DNA of 39,238 bases. It comes from Candidatus Micrarchaeota archaeon. GTDB taxonomy: Archaea; Micrarchaeota; Micrarchaeia; Anstonellales; Bilamarchaeaceae. How positions within the stretch are numbered: the stretch's first letter is position 1; each line of letters starts with the position of its first letter. Below, piece after piece: positions 27,260 through 35,663 of the stretch. Under the pieces are notes generated by a model. That model had not been told where the DNA came from, did no database searches, and saw only the letters and a list, made by a program, of their open reading frames with translations. Both the position numbers and the translations under genes were made by a program. The stretch lies in contig JACCLI010000047.1 of NCBI GenBank assembly GCA_013425455.1, positions 1 to 39,238 of the forward strand, in the 5' to 3' direction.

Positions 27260-27375
27260 ATTGCTCGCCTTTTGGAAAGTTCCTTATTTGCATGGCATGG
27301 GAATAAAAAGCTAGGTTTTCCCCTCAGCCTGGCGGGATGGGATGTATAAAAAGGTTTTTCATACAAATAAGCCCC

Positions 27376-28620
27376 ATGGATTTCTCGGGATTCTACAAGC
27401 TTCCAGTAAAGGATAGGCTGGCGAAGCTCAGGGAGGCCGGAAAGATTAGTGCGGAAGATGAGAAGGTGCTCCTGGACGGGGACGCCCTGAAAATGGAGGT
27501 GGCGGACCGCATGGTTGAGAACGTGGTGGGCAGGTTCCACCTTCCGTTTGCGGTTGTTCCTGGGTTTGTGGTGAACGGGAAGGAGTATGTGGTGCCGATG
27601 GTGATAGAGGAGCCGTCGGTGGTTGCGGGCTCGGCCAACGCGGCGAAGAGCGCGCGGGAGAGCGGCGGGTTCACTGCGGATGCGGACGAGCCCATAATGG
27701 TCGGGCAATTGCAGATTATGAACCCAAAGAGTGGCGCGCTCGCGAAACTGGAAGCTGCAAAGGGAAAGATATTTGCGAAGGGGAAGGAGTTCGCGGTGGG
27801 AGTGGAGAGGTACGGGGGAGGACTGAAGGAGATAAGGTTCAGGGAAGTGAAGACCTCCCGCGGAAAGATGGTTCTTGTTGAATTCGAGGTGGACGTTCGG
27901 GACATAATGGGCGCGAACACGGTGAATACTATAGTGGAGGGGACCGCGCCGCTCGTGCAGGAGATTATTGGCGGGACCGTGAGGCTTCGCATACTGAGCA
28001 ATTTGGCGGTAAAAAGAAAAGCGAGGGCGAAGTGCACCTGGAAAAAAGAGGTTATTGGGGAGGCAGCAGTGGAGGGAGTGTTGGACGGGTACGAGATGGC
28101 GGCGAATGACGTGTACAGGTGTTCCACTCATAATAAGGGGATAATGAACGGAATAGACGCGGTCGCCGTGGCGACGGGAAACGACTGGAGGGCGGTGGAG
28201 GCCGGGGCGCATTCCTTTGCGGCTTTGGGAGGATACCATCCGCTTACAACATATTGGAAAGATGCGGATGGAAATCTTGTGGGCGAGATAGAATTGCCGC
28301 TTGCGGTGGGGACCGTGGGCGGGGCGATAAACATTAATCCGCTGGCGCAAATCGGGCAGAAGATTCTCGGTGCCAAGAGCGCGCGCGAGCTTTCGATGGT
28401 CATGGCGGCGGTGGGATTGGCGCAGAACTTTGCGGCCCTCCGCGCCCTGGGGATGGAAGGGATTTCCCAGGGGCACATGAAACTGCACGCGAAAAACCTT
28501 GCGGTGATTGCGGGCGCGAGCACCACCGCAGAAATAGACAAGGTTACGGAGAAGATGAAGGAAAGCGGGGTTTATACTGTCGAGAATGCGAAGAAAATAT
28601 TCGAAGAGTTGAAAAAGTGA
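27376..28620 (+). CDS. mvaA: Hydroxymethylglutaryl-CoA reductase, class II
   Basis: SGFYKL, ENVVG, EEPSVVA, DIMGAN, THNKGIMNG, GNDWRAVEAGAH, GHMKLH. Start at MDFSGFYKL. Confidence 0.93.
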   Translation: MDFSGFYKLPVKDRLAKLREAGKISAEDEKVLLDGDALKMEVADRMVENVVGRFHLPFAVVPGFVVNGKEYVVPMVIEEPSVVAGSANAAKSARESGGFTADADEPIMVGQLQIMNPKSGALAKLEAAKGKIFAKGKEFAVGVERYGGGLKEIRFREVKTSRGKMVLVEFEVDVRDIMGANTVNTIVEGTAPLVQEIIGGTVRLRILSNLAVKRKARAKCTWKKEVIGEAAVEGVLDGYEMAANDVYRCSTHNKGIMNGIDAVAVATGNDWRAVEAGAHSFAALGGYHPLTTYWKDADGNLVGEIELPLAVGTVGGAININPLAQIGQKILGAKSARELSMVMAAVGLAQNFAALRALGMEGISQGHMKLHAKNLAVIAGASTTAEIDKVTEKMKESGVYTVENAKKIFEELKK

Positions 28621-28621
28621 T

Positions 28622-28639
28622 GGGGGGTTATGATTACCC
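28622..28639. repeat. 18-bp dispersed repeat, copy 2, followed by G/C-run hairpins
   Basis: GGGGGGTTATGATTACCC, then AAGGGGG-GACT-CCCCCTT and CCTCTT-GGG-AAGAGG. Confidence 0.85.
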
Positions 28640-28687
28640 TAAAGAGAAGGGGGGACTCCCCCTTCCTCTTGGGAAGAGGGGTTCTAA

Positions 28688-30091
28688 ATGAAGGAATACT
28701 TGCATTTGTTTGCGCTTGTGCTGTTTTCTATTGGGTTCTTTTTGGTCGGCTACCAGGGGATTTCCGAGCAGGGGTACGGGAAATTGCTTGCGCTCGGAAT
28801 CAATGACGTGCAAACCGCCTACTACATTGCGCTGGGGAGCGTGGTGGTTGCACCGCTTCTTCTCTATTTTGCGTTGAAGACGGTTGGGCTTTCGGACTGG
28901 AAGTGCATGTTCGGGGGGCTGTTGCTTGCGACCGCGCCAGTGGCGATAAACAATTCAATAGTTCTTGCTGACCCGGAGGCATCCCTCATGATGGTGGGTG
29001 CGGCTGCGGCGATTCTTGTTGCGGGATTGGTTTCGCAATTAATCAAAAACAGGAGGGCGGGGCTGGTTTTCCTGCTGGTGGTGGCTGGGGCCGCTATTTA
29101 TCTGGGAATGACTAATGGGGCCGGCGTAAATTATTATGTGGGGGAATATTCCCTATTGCTCCCCTTTTCGTTCGCATTGCTCATAGAGGGGATAAAGGAG
29201 AGGCGGGAGGATAAGGTTGGGCCGCCAATATTCGGATTTGCGGCGTTGCTGTTCTCGCATCCACTTGGGGCGGCGATACTCGCCTGCACCAGCGCGCTGG
29301 GGCTTGCGGAGCTCTGGAAGGAGAAGGAGAGGCCCCTTCTCCTGGAATTCCTCGCGGTCTATTCACTGTGCCTGGTGTTCGCGCAGGGGGACCCCTTAAG
29401 GAGCGCGGTGGCTGGGCTTTTCGGATTCATTGTTTTCTATGCGATAATGATAATGTACAATGTGAAAATGAGGGATGTGGCGCAGCCTGCGGCGATACTG
29501 CTGATGCTGGTTGCGGTGCTTTCCATGGCGGGGAACCTCTCCGCGCACAAATTCGAGGGAAATGTGCTGCCCGTGCCCTCGGAGGAAACCGTCGGGATGT
29601 ACAAATGGGCGGAAGGAAAGGGGGAGATGGGCATATTCGCCTATCCCAATGCATTTGAGTATTATGCGGGAAGGGAGGCGAAGGTGCTGGACCCCCTGGG
29701 GACGGAGTGGGCGGATAACGTGATATTCACATATGATACACTGGACGCAGGGGTGGAGGGGAGCCCGAATTTGTTCTATTATATGGCTACCAGCACCGCA
29801 CAGGACAATTCCCAGTATGCAATTTACAGGAACGGGGATTACGGGCTGATGATGAGGATAATGGATGGGAGGGTGGACCGGAGCGACGCGGACCTCGTAG
29901 ACATAAATCGGCAGATGAGAATAAAGACGATACCGTTTACGAAAATAAAGATTCTGGACGGGAACTTATCCTATTCGGATGCGAAGAACAGGGTGGTCAA
30001 CGTACTGGATATAGAAGGGAGCGTGCTTGCGGAAGGGATGAAGAAGGCCAGGGAGTATTCCCTCCCCGGAGCGTTTGTGGTGAGGGGCTGA
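28688..30091 (+). CDS. Polytopic membrane protein, possibly a degenerate AglB/STT3-like (GT-C) protein
   Basis: About 10 TM segments then a soluble domain. MYKWA...FAYPNAFEYYAGRE sits where the WWDYG region would be, but WWDYG itself is absent. Confidence 0.55.
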   Translation: MKEYLHLFALVLFSIGFFLVGYQGISEQGYGKLLALGINDVQTAYYIALGSVVVAPLLLYFALKTVGLSDWKCMFGGLLLATAPVAINNSIVLADPEASLMMVGAAAAILVAGLVSQLIKNRRAGLVFLLVVAGAAIYLGMTNGAGVNYYVGEYSLLLPFSFALLIEGIKERREDKVGPPIFGFAALLFSHPLGAAILACTSALGLAELWKEKERPLLLEFLAVYSLCLVFAQGDPLRSAVAGLFGFIVFYAIMIMYNVKMRDVAQPAAILLMLVAVLSMAGNLSAHKFEGNVLPVPSEETVGMYKWAEGKGEMGIFAYPNAFEYYAGREAKVLDPLGTEWADNVIFTYDTLDAGVEGSPNLFYYMATSTAQDNSQYAIYRNGDYGLMMRIMDGRVDRSDADLVDINRQMRIKTIPFTKIKILDGNLSYSDAKNRVVNVLDIEGSVLAEGMKKAREYSLPGAFVVRG

Positions 30092-31062
30092 TGTGGAGCT
30101 TCATAGGAATACTGCTGTTTTCCATCGTTGTGACGGTCGCGTTCTCCGAGTTGCTCATTCCGAGGTTGAAAAGGTTCGGGATTACTGGAAAGGATGTGAA
30201 CAAGGAGGGGAGGCCGGAAGTTGCGGAGATGGGCGGGCTGGCAATAGTCGCGGGATTTACGGCGGGAGTGTTGCTGGCGATAATGCTGAATACGTTCAAT
30301 GGATTGGAGTTCAACATAACTTATGTGCTTGCGGCCCTTGTGACCATACACGCGATGGGCTTCATAGGAGTTGTGGATGATTTGCTGGACATTCCGCAGG
30401 CGGTGAAGGCGTTCCTTCCCCTTGCGGCGGCCGTTCCGCTTGTGGCGGTGAGCGCTGCGGGGAGCACCGCGATGACGATTCCTTTTGTAGGTTCGGTGGA
30501 TTTGGGGATATTCTACATAATTTTGCTTATTCCCATAGGGGTGGCGGTTTCCTCAAATTTGACCAATATGCTTGCGGGCTTCAACGGGATGGAGGCGGGG
30601 ATGGGGGGCGTGATGATGCTTGTTATGGCGCTGCTTGCCTATCTGAACGGCTCGAACGAGATGCTGGTGCTGTTCCTTCCGATGGTTGGGGCGCTTGTGG
30701 GCTTCCTGAAAAACAATTGGTATCCGGCGAAGGTGTTTCCCGGGGATGTGGGCAATTTGACCATAGGGGCGGTGCTCGCCTCCGGAGTGATAATAGGGAA
30801 CATGGAGAGCGCTGGGGCGCTCATAATGATTCTTTACGTGGTGGACTTCTTCATAAAGGCGTACAATAAGTTCCCAAGCAGCAAATGGTGGGGGGAGCTC
30901 AAAAATGGGAAACTTCGCCCTGTGGAGGGGAAGGTGCGGGGATTTGCGCAATTAGTTATGAAAATGAGCGGGGGAATAAGCGAGAGGAACCTCACGCTCG
31001 TGTTCATAGGGATGCAAATAATAGTGGGATTGGTGGTTTTCCTCCTTTATGCGAAACTCTAG
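30091..31062 (+). CDS. UDP-GlcNAc:polyprenol-phosphate GlcNAc-1-P transferase (Alg7/AglH/MraY family)
   Basis: GKDVNK...EMGGL, GVVDDLL, NMLAGFNGMEAG, YPAKVFPGDVG. Confidence 0.9.
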   Translation: MWSFIGILLFSIVVTVAFSELLIPRLKRFGITGKDVNKEGRPEVAEMGGLAIVAGFTAGVLLAIMLNTFNGLEFNITYVLAALVTIHAMGFIGVVDDLLDIPQAVKAFLPLAAAVPLVAVSAAGSTAMTIPFVGSVDLGIFYIILLIPIGVAVSSNLTNMLAGFNGMEAGMGGVMMLVMALLAYLNGSNEMLVLFLPMVGALVGFLKNNWYPAKVFPGDVGNLTIGAVLASGVIIGNMESAGALIMILYVVDFFIKAYNKFPSSKWWGELKNGKLRPVEGKVRGFAQLVMKMSGGISERNLTLVFIGMQIIVGLVVFLLYAKL

Positions 31063-31745
31063 TGCTTTGGGGATTTTTCCTTCATCTTTTCATATTCTTC
31101 CACATTCCCTATGTCATGCCAGTAGCCGGAGAGCGTGTAGGTGTTGATGCATTTTCCGGAGGAAAGAAGGCGCGGGAAGACGTTCTTGGCGAAATCCTCC
31201 TTTTCTTTTATTTGGGAGAATACTCCGGGCTCCAGAATGTAGATTCCGGTGTTTATCTTATGAGTAAGTAATGGCTTCTCCTGGAATTCCTCCACTTTTC
31301 CGTCTTTTTTTGTCTTGATTACGCCGTACTCTATTTTGGTGTGGTGATCCTGGACCGCGATGGTTGCGGGGCAGCCGGACTTCTTGTGGGAAGCGAGCAT
31401 CTCCCTGAAATTTATGTCCGTGAGGTGGTCGCCCATTGTAACGAGAAAAGTTTCGTGGGGCTTCTTTGCGTGGAGGAGGGCTCCCGCGGTTCCGCGCTCT
31501 TCCTCTTCCTCAACATATGAGATGGATACGCCCAGTTTCTTCCCGTCCCCGAAATAGTCCTTTATGTCCTGGCGCAAATAGCCAACGAACAGGGTGATGT
31601 CGGTTATGCCGGATGCCTTCATATGCTCGATTATGTGCTGGAGGATGGGCTTTCCCTCTTCTATGGGAAGCATTGGCTTTGGCATCTTGTATGTGTATGG
31701 CCTTAGGCGGGTGCCTTTCCCTCCGCAAAGAATGAATGCTTTCAT
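31059..31745 (-). CDS. Sugar-phosphate nucleotidyltransferase
   Basis: MKAFILCGGKGTRLRPYT...PKPM, GTAGAL, EKP, INTGIY, YWHDIG. Confidence 0.9.
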   Translation of the reverse strand: MKAFILCGGKGTRLRPYTYKMPKPMLPIEEGKPILQHIIEHMKASGITDITLFVGYLRQDIKDYFGDGKKLGVSISYVEEEEERGTAGALLHAKKPHETFLVTMGDHLTDINFREMLASHKKSGCPATIAVQDHHTKIEYGVIKTKKDGKVEEFQEKPLLTHKINTGIYILEPGVFSQIKEKEDFAKNVFPRLLSSGKCINTYTLSGYWHDIGNVEEYEKMKEKSPKH

Positions 31746-31750
31746 GTTTT

Positions 31751-32365
31751 TCACCTTATGTAAAGTCCTATTAACGCGCCTACTATAGCGCAAATTATGT
31801 TGGTGGTCCCTTTTGTGCCTATCCCCCTTTCCTCCAAAACCCCGAAAAGGGTGTCCACTATGCTTCCTGCGAAACCAGCGATGGTTATGAGGAGGGCGGC
31901 GGTGGGGGAGAGGCCGAAGAGGAAGATTGCACCTATCCCTATGAGGGCTGCCCCCAGCAAAGACATCACGAAGCCGAGGATGCTCACCGCGCCGGAGGTG
32001 CCGGGCTTCACCCGCTTGAATCCATCCAAGGAGAGGGGCTCTCCGGACAATACCCCTAATTCGGAGGCGAACTTATCGGAAGTTACGGCCGCGATGGAGG
32101 CGATGTAGGGGAGGGGGCCCACATAAACGGAAAGGCCGGCGCAGATTGCCGGTACCAATCCATTGGAGAGGACATTCTCCCAGCTCCGGTCGTGCTCGTA
32201 TATGCCCATGTCCTTTTTCTCATAATAGCCGTATTTTGTAACGAAGATGGCGAGCATGAGGAAGAAGAGCATCATCGCGAGGTAGGGGGCGCCACCGAAA
32301 ATGAAAATGGCTGCACCGAAGATTATGGCAAGGGTGAGCCCGGGCTTGTCCAGCATCGCGACCAT
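31751..32365 (-). CDS. DUF92/TMEM19-family membrane protein
   Basis: RSWENVLSNG, SDKFASELG, PGTSGAVS, GSIVDTLFG. Confidence 0.88.
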   Translation of the reverse strand: MVAMLDKPGLTLAIIFGAAIFIFGGAPYLAMMLFFLMLAIFVTKYGYYEKKDMGIYEHDRSWENVLSNGLVPAICAGLSVYVGPLPYIASIAAVTSDKFASELGVLSGEPLSLDGFKRVKPGTSGAVSILGFVMSLLGAALIGIGAIFLFGLSPTAALLITIAGFAGSIVDTLFGVLEERGIGTKGTTNIICAIVGALIGLYIR

Positions 32366-33340
32366 TCAATCCACCTTTATGGTTGTTCCCTCTATAGAGA
32401 ATTTACTCTGGAGGAATTTCCCAATTATATTTATAGAGGTTGCTGTATGGCTGGAGACCCTGGAGGTTTTGTAGGAGGTTTTTCCTGCCATTGCCGCATA
32501 AATGAGCAATTGGTCGGCGAGGCGGTGGTCAACGTCCACATCGCCCTCTTCCTTTATTCCGTTGAAGCACTCCTCTCCCACCTTCTCGGAAGGCTTTCCC
32601 TTTTCGCCCATCACCTGGAAGCCTACGAATCCCCTCCAGGCGAGCATTGAGTTGCCGGGGTCCCTGCATTCCTCTTCCCGCACGTATACCTTATTGATAG
32701 CATTATGGGCGAATATTTTCTTCTCCCGGATTGCGATGGGCATGGGGAGGTTTGCGAGGGAGATGATTACTTGCGTAGCGGGAAAAGGCACGCGGGTCCA
32801 GTAATCGGTGGACCTGGGCTTGGAAGGCTTTACTTTTAAGCGGATTTCCCCGCCTCCGGAGGGGTAATAGCCGGCGCGGAGCATTTCCGATTCTATTTCG
32901 CAGCCCATGTACCCTAAGGCGGGAAGGAAAACCCTCTCAAAATAATCGTAGGAGGGGGCCTTGGGGTTGTGGGTGCCCCCGATAATTTTTACTTCCGAAG
33001 GCTTGGAGGCGGAAAGGAGCAACGGGAGGATTGTTTGGGCGACGAGGACTGAGGAGCCGGCGGTGCCGATGTTGAAGTCATATTTGCCCCCTATTATGCC
33101 GGAGGGGGTATAAGAAATCTCCTTGGAATCCTCTTCCGCGCCCTCTAAAGTGCCCCTTGCGATGGAGCGGACGGCCTTTGCGGCCATTAAATGCTGGGGG
33201 CGGAGGCCGGGCTTGTCCCTTTTTGCCCTGATGTTGAAGATGCGGACCGGAGTATTGGTGAGGGCGGAAAGGGTGAGGGCGGTGCGGATTATCTGGCCGC
33301 CGCCTTCGCCTGCGCCGCCGTCTATTTCTATCATTTTCAT
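32366..33340 (-). CDS. rtcA: RNA 3'-terminal phosphate cyclase
   Basis: IDG..GEGGGQIIR, IRAKRDKPGLRPQH, GGT...AP, GYYPSGGG, LADQL, and the catalytic His in SSHTAT. Confidence 0.95.
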   Translation of the reverse strand: MKMIEIDGGAGEGGGQIIRTALTLSALTNTPVRIFNIRAKRDKPGLRPQHLMAAKAVRSIARGTLEGAEEDSKEISYTPSGIIGGKYDFNIGTAGSSVLVAQTILPLLLSASKPSEVKIIGGTHNPKAPSYDYFERVFLPALGYMGCEIESEMLRAGYYPSGGGEIRLKVKPSKPRSTDYWTRVPFPATQVIISLANLPMPIAIREKKIFAHNAINKVYVREEECRDPGNSMLAWRGFVGFQVMGEKGKPSEKVGEECFNGIKEEGDVDVDHRLADQLLIYAAMAGKTSYKTSRVSSHTATSINIIGKFLQSKFSIEGTTIKVD

Positions 33341-33344
33341 TCTC

Positions 33345-33620
33345 TCAGCTCTTTTTGATTTTCCATTTCTCTATTATCGCAAAAATCTCATCTTTCCTCT
33401 GAAAATTAAGGCTTACCTCCAAACCATAACCGGTCGGTTTTTTAATAAGGAAATTATCCTTTATCAGTTGTTTAGCGGCATCCTCTATTTTATCCTTAAG
33501 GTGGCTGGGTGCGCCCTTTGCAATATTGTCGAAGCTGGTGTGCTTTGCCTTCCACCAGCCGTGGCGGGCGAACTTGTCGAGAATCCATGGGATAATGTCC
33601 TCGTTTCCCAGCTCAGGCAT
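33345..33620 (-). CDS. Small basic archaeal winged-helix-like protein
   Basis: Start MPELGNEDII. Pattern W...HT...KG.P.H...A.K.L.K...IKKP...VSLN. AT-rich. Confidence 0.7.
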   Translation of the reverse strand: MPELGNEDIIPWILDKFARHGWWKAKHTSFDNIAKGAPSHLKDKIEDAAKQLIKDNFLIKKPTGYGLEVSLNFQRKDEIFAIIEKWKIKKS

Positions 33621-33683
33621 CGATGTACACCAAAATATACATTCAACGTATGGTTTTATAAACATATACGACGTTAGAATGTT

Positions 33684-34010
33684 ATGGAAAAATCATTGTT
33701 TGTGAATTTCCTTGGGGACACGCCGCTTGTGAGGGTGATGGACTTCTTCATAGGGAACAGCATATTCGACTACACAAAAACAGACATTGCGGAGAACTCG
33801 GATGTATCCAGAGCTTCCCTATATACTGTATGGCCGCAGCTTGAGCAATACGGGATAGTGAAAGCGAGCAGGAAAATTGGGAACACTACATTATACCGCC
33901 TGAACAAAGAAAACCCGGTTGTGCAGAAGCTTATTGAGCTGGATTTGAAGCTGAGCAGGGAATATGCGGATACGGGAGAGAAGGTTGCGGCGAAAGTTGC
34001 GAACAGGTAA
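33684..34010 (+). CDS. Winged helix-turn-helix protein
   Basis: FDYTKTDIAENSDVSRASLY...LEQYGIV...RKIG...LYRLN. TTTTATAAA lies upstream. Confidence 0.85.
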   Translation: MEKSLFVNFLGDTPLVRVMDFFIGNSIFDYTKTDIAENSDVSRASLYTVWPQLEQYGIVKASRKIGNTTLYRLNKENPVVQKLIELDLKLSREYADTGEKVAAKVANR

Positions 34011-34052
34011 GTGGAAACCTATTTAAGCACTTAAATACATAATAAATAACAT

Positions 34053-35312
34053 ATGCTGATTACCATAAACCTCTTGCCGAAAGGAAGTGCTCAGACCAAG
34101 GTGCGGGAGCCTTTGGTGGAAAAACCAAGGAAAAGGAGGGAAATCCCTGATTGGCTGAAGGTTACGCTAGTCAGGAACAGCTGCGACTCCATAAATTTCT
34201 GGAAGGTGGCGGAAGAGGCGGGCATGAGAACGCAGTTCCTGGAATTCGCGGAGATGCACTGCAACAGGGAAAGGGAGGAAAGGCTGGCTTACGGCGGCAG
34301 GCCGAACAAGCGGGTGAAGGGAATCATAGCGCAGGCATTCGAGGACATGATGGGAAAGGCAAGCAATGTGCAGATACTCGATTGGCTGGAGAAGGGATAC
34401 ATCTGCATATACCGCTACAAGTGGGGCAGGGAAAGCGTAAGGAAACTCGCGGTCATTGGGCTGGTGAATGCCCTGGGGAAAGATGTGCGCGAGACGACGC
34501 AGGACGACTTCAATGATAATGGGCTGGGCGGGCTGCTCACGAACTATTACAGAGGCTCGCCTTACGAAGCCTTGAAGGATGCGGGCTATCTCATTCACCC
34601 TTGGGAAATGAAAACAGCGCCGCACATCTATGAGAATAGGGACAACCGGGTTGCGGCCATACAATGGGTGGTTGAAAAAATGGGGGGAGACCCTAAGACC
34701 ATCACCTCCGACGATTTCCACGAGAACGGCCTTCGCGGCGTGATGCCTTATTACGAAACATTGTGGGATATGGTCTCTGATGCGGGTTATGATGTGAAGC
34801 CGTGGGAGATGGAAATGACTCCAACCTCCTTCTATGCAGAAAGGGAAAACAGAATCGCCAGGGTGAGGTGGCTGGTGGAGAAGCTTGGTAAAGAAGTGAC
34901 GGGAATAACGCAGGATGACTTCAACGCCAATGGGCTAGGCAGGCTATTGGAGGGTTACTACGGCAATTCTCCGCACAAAGCGCTTGTTGACTCCGGCTAT
35001 GATGTCAAGCCGTGGGAGATGGCGAGGGTTCCTTTTGGGACCTATGATGAGAAGAAAAATAGGGCGGATGCAGTAAAATGGCTTGTTGAAACGCTGGGAA
35101 AGAGGGCAAGGGACATTACTGTGGCCGATTTCTACAATAATGGATTCTCCGGATTGCTTAAGTATTATAATGACTCTCCTTATTCTGCGCTTCTTGAAGC
35201 CGGATTGGTTTCTGAGGCGGATGAAGAATATATGAGGTCAAAACAACACACGCATAAGGGGAAACAGGGAACTGAGATGCCTAGCCCTCCCTCTAAGGGA
35301 AGTGAGAATTAG
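34053..35312 (+). CDS. Helical-repeat protein with four ~70-aa units (DUF4046-like)
   Basis: Units of NR..A..WLVE.LGK...IT.DDF..NGL..LL..YY..SP..AL.DAGY.VKPWEM. Confidence 0.8.
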   Translation: MLITINLLPKGSAQTKVREPLVEKPRKRREIPDWLKVTLVRNSCDSINFWKVAEEAGMRTQFLEFAEMHCNREREERLAYGGRPNKRVKGIIAQAFEDMMGKASNVQILDWLEKGYICIYRYKWGRESVRKLAVIGLVNALGKDVRETTQDDFNDNGLGGLLTNYYRGSPYEALKDAGYLIHPWEMKTAPHIYENRDNRVAAIQWVVEKMGGDPKTITSDDFHENGLRGVMPYYETLWDMVSDAGYDVKPWEMEMTPTSFYAERENRIARVRWLVEKLGKEVTGITQDDFNANGLGRLLEGYYGNSPHKALVDSGYDVKPWEMARVPFGTYDEKKNRADAVKWLVETLGKRARDITVADFYNNGFSGLLKYYNDSPYSALLEAGLVSEADEEYMRSKQHTHKGKQGTEMPSPPSKGSEN

Positions 35313-35334
35313 GCCAGCGCACGTATGCGCTGGC
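35313..35334 (+). terminator. Perfect 9-bp hairpin directly after the stop codon
   Basis: GCCAGCGCA-CGTA-TGCGCTGGC. There is no clear U-tract, so the function is uncertain. Confidence 0.4.
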
Positions 35335-35483
35335 TGGCAAGGCGACCAGTTTCCTCCCCAAAATACGCAACCTACTCTTAGGAAGTACCATATATATAAA
35401 TCTTTGGGGGGTGTGTCTGAATGGAAACAGACGTGGATTTGCCGTCTTTTCCTTTAAAAAAGTATCCGAACAAAGGAGAACCC

Positions 35484-35663
35484 ATGATAGAGATTAATCA
35501 CGATAGGTGCATACAGTGCGTGGGATGCGCGTCCGTGTGCCCCGTGCTCGCAATAGAGCTGGTGGGGCTGAGGATGAAGACCTATCCGGAGAAGTGCATA
35601 AGCTGCAAGGCTTGTGTGAGGGTTTGCCCGGCGGATTGCATTAAACTAATAGAAAAGAAGTGA
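35484..35663 (+). CDS. 2x[4Fe-4S] ferredoxin, probable GGR electron donor
   Basis: CIQCVGCASVCP and CISCKACVRVCP. AGGAG RBS. GTGA overlap with the reductase. Confidence 0.93.
   Translation: MIEINHDRCIQCVGCASVCPVLAIELVGLRMKTYPEKCISCKACVRVCPADCIKLIEKK

Noticed and set aside
56-28488. Long antisense or alternate-frame ORFs (e.g. 56..1231, 2365..3324, 4355..5365, 22152..23210, 27256..28488)
   Set aside because: They are shadow ORFs of GC3-rich real genes, with His/Pro/Arg-rich composition and no motifs.
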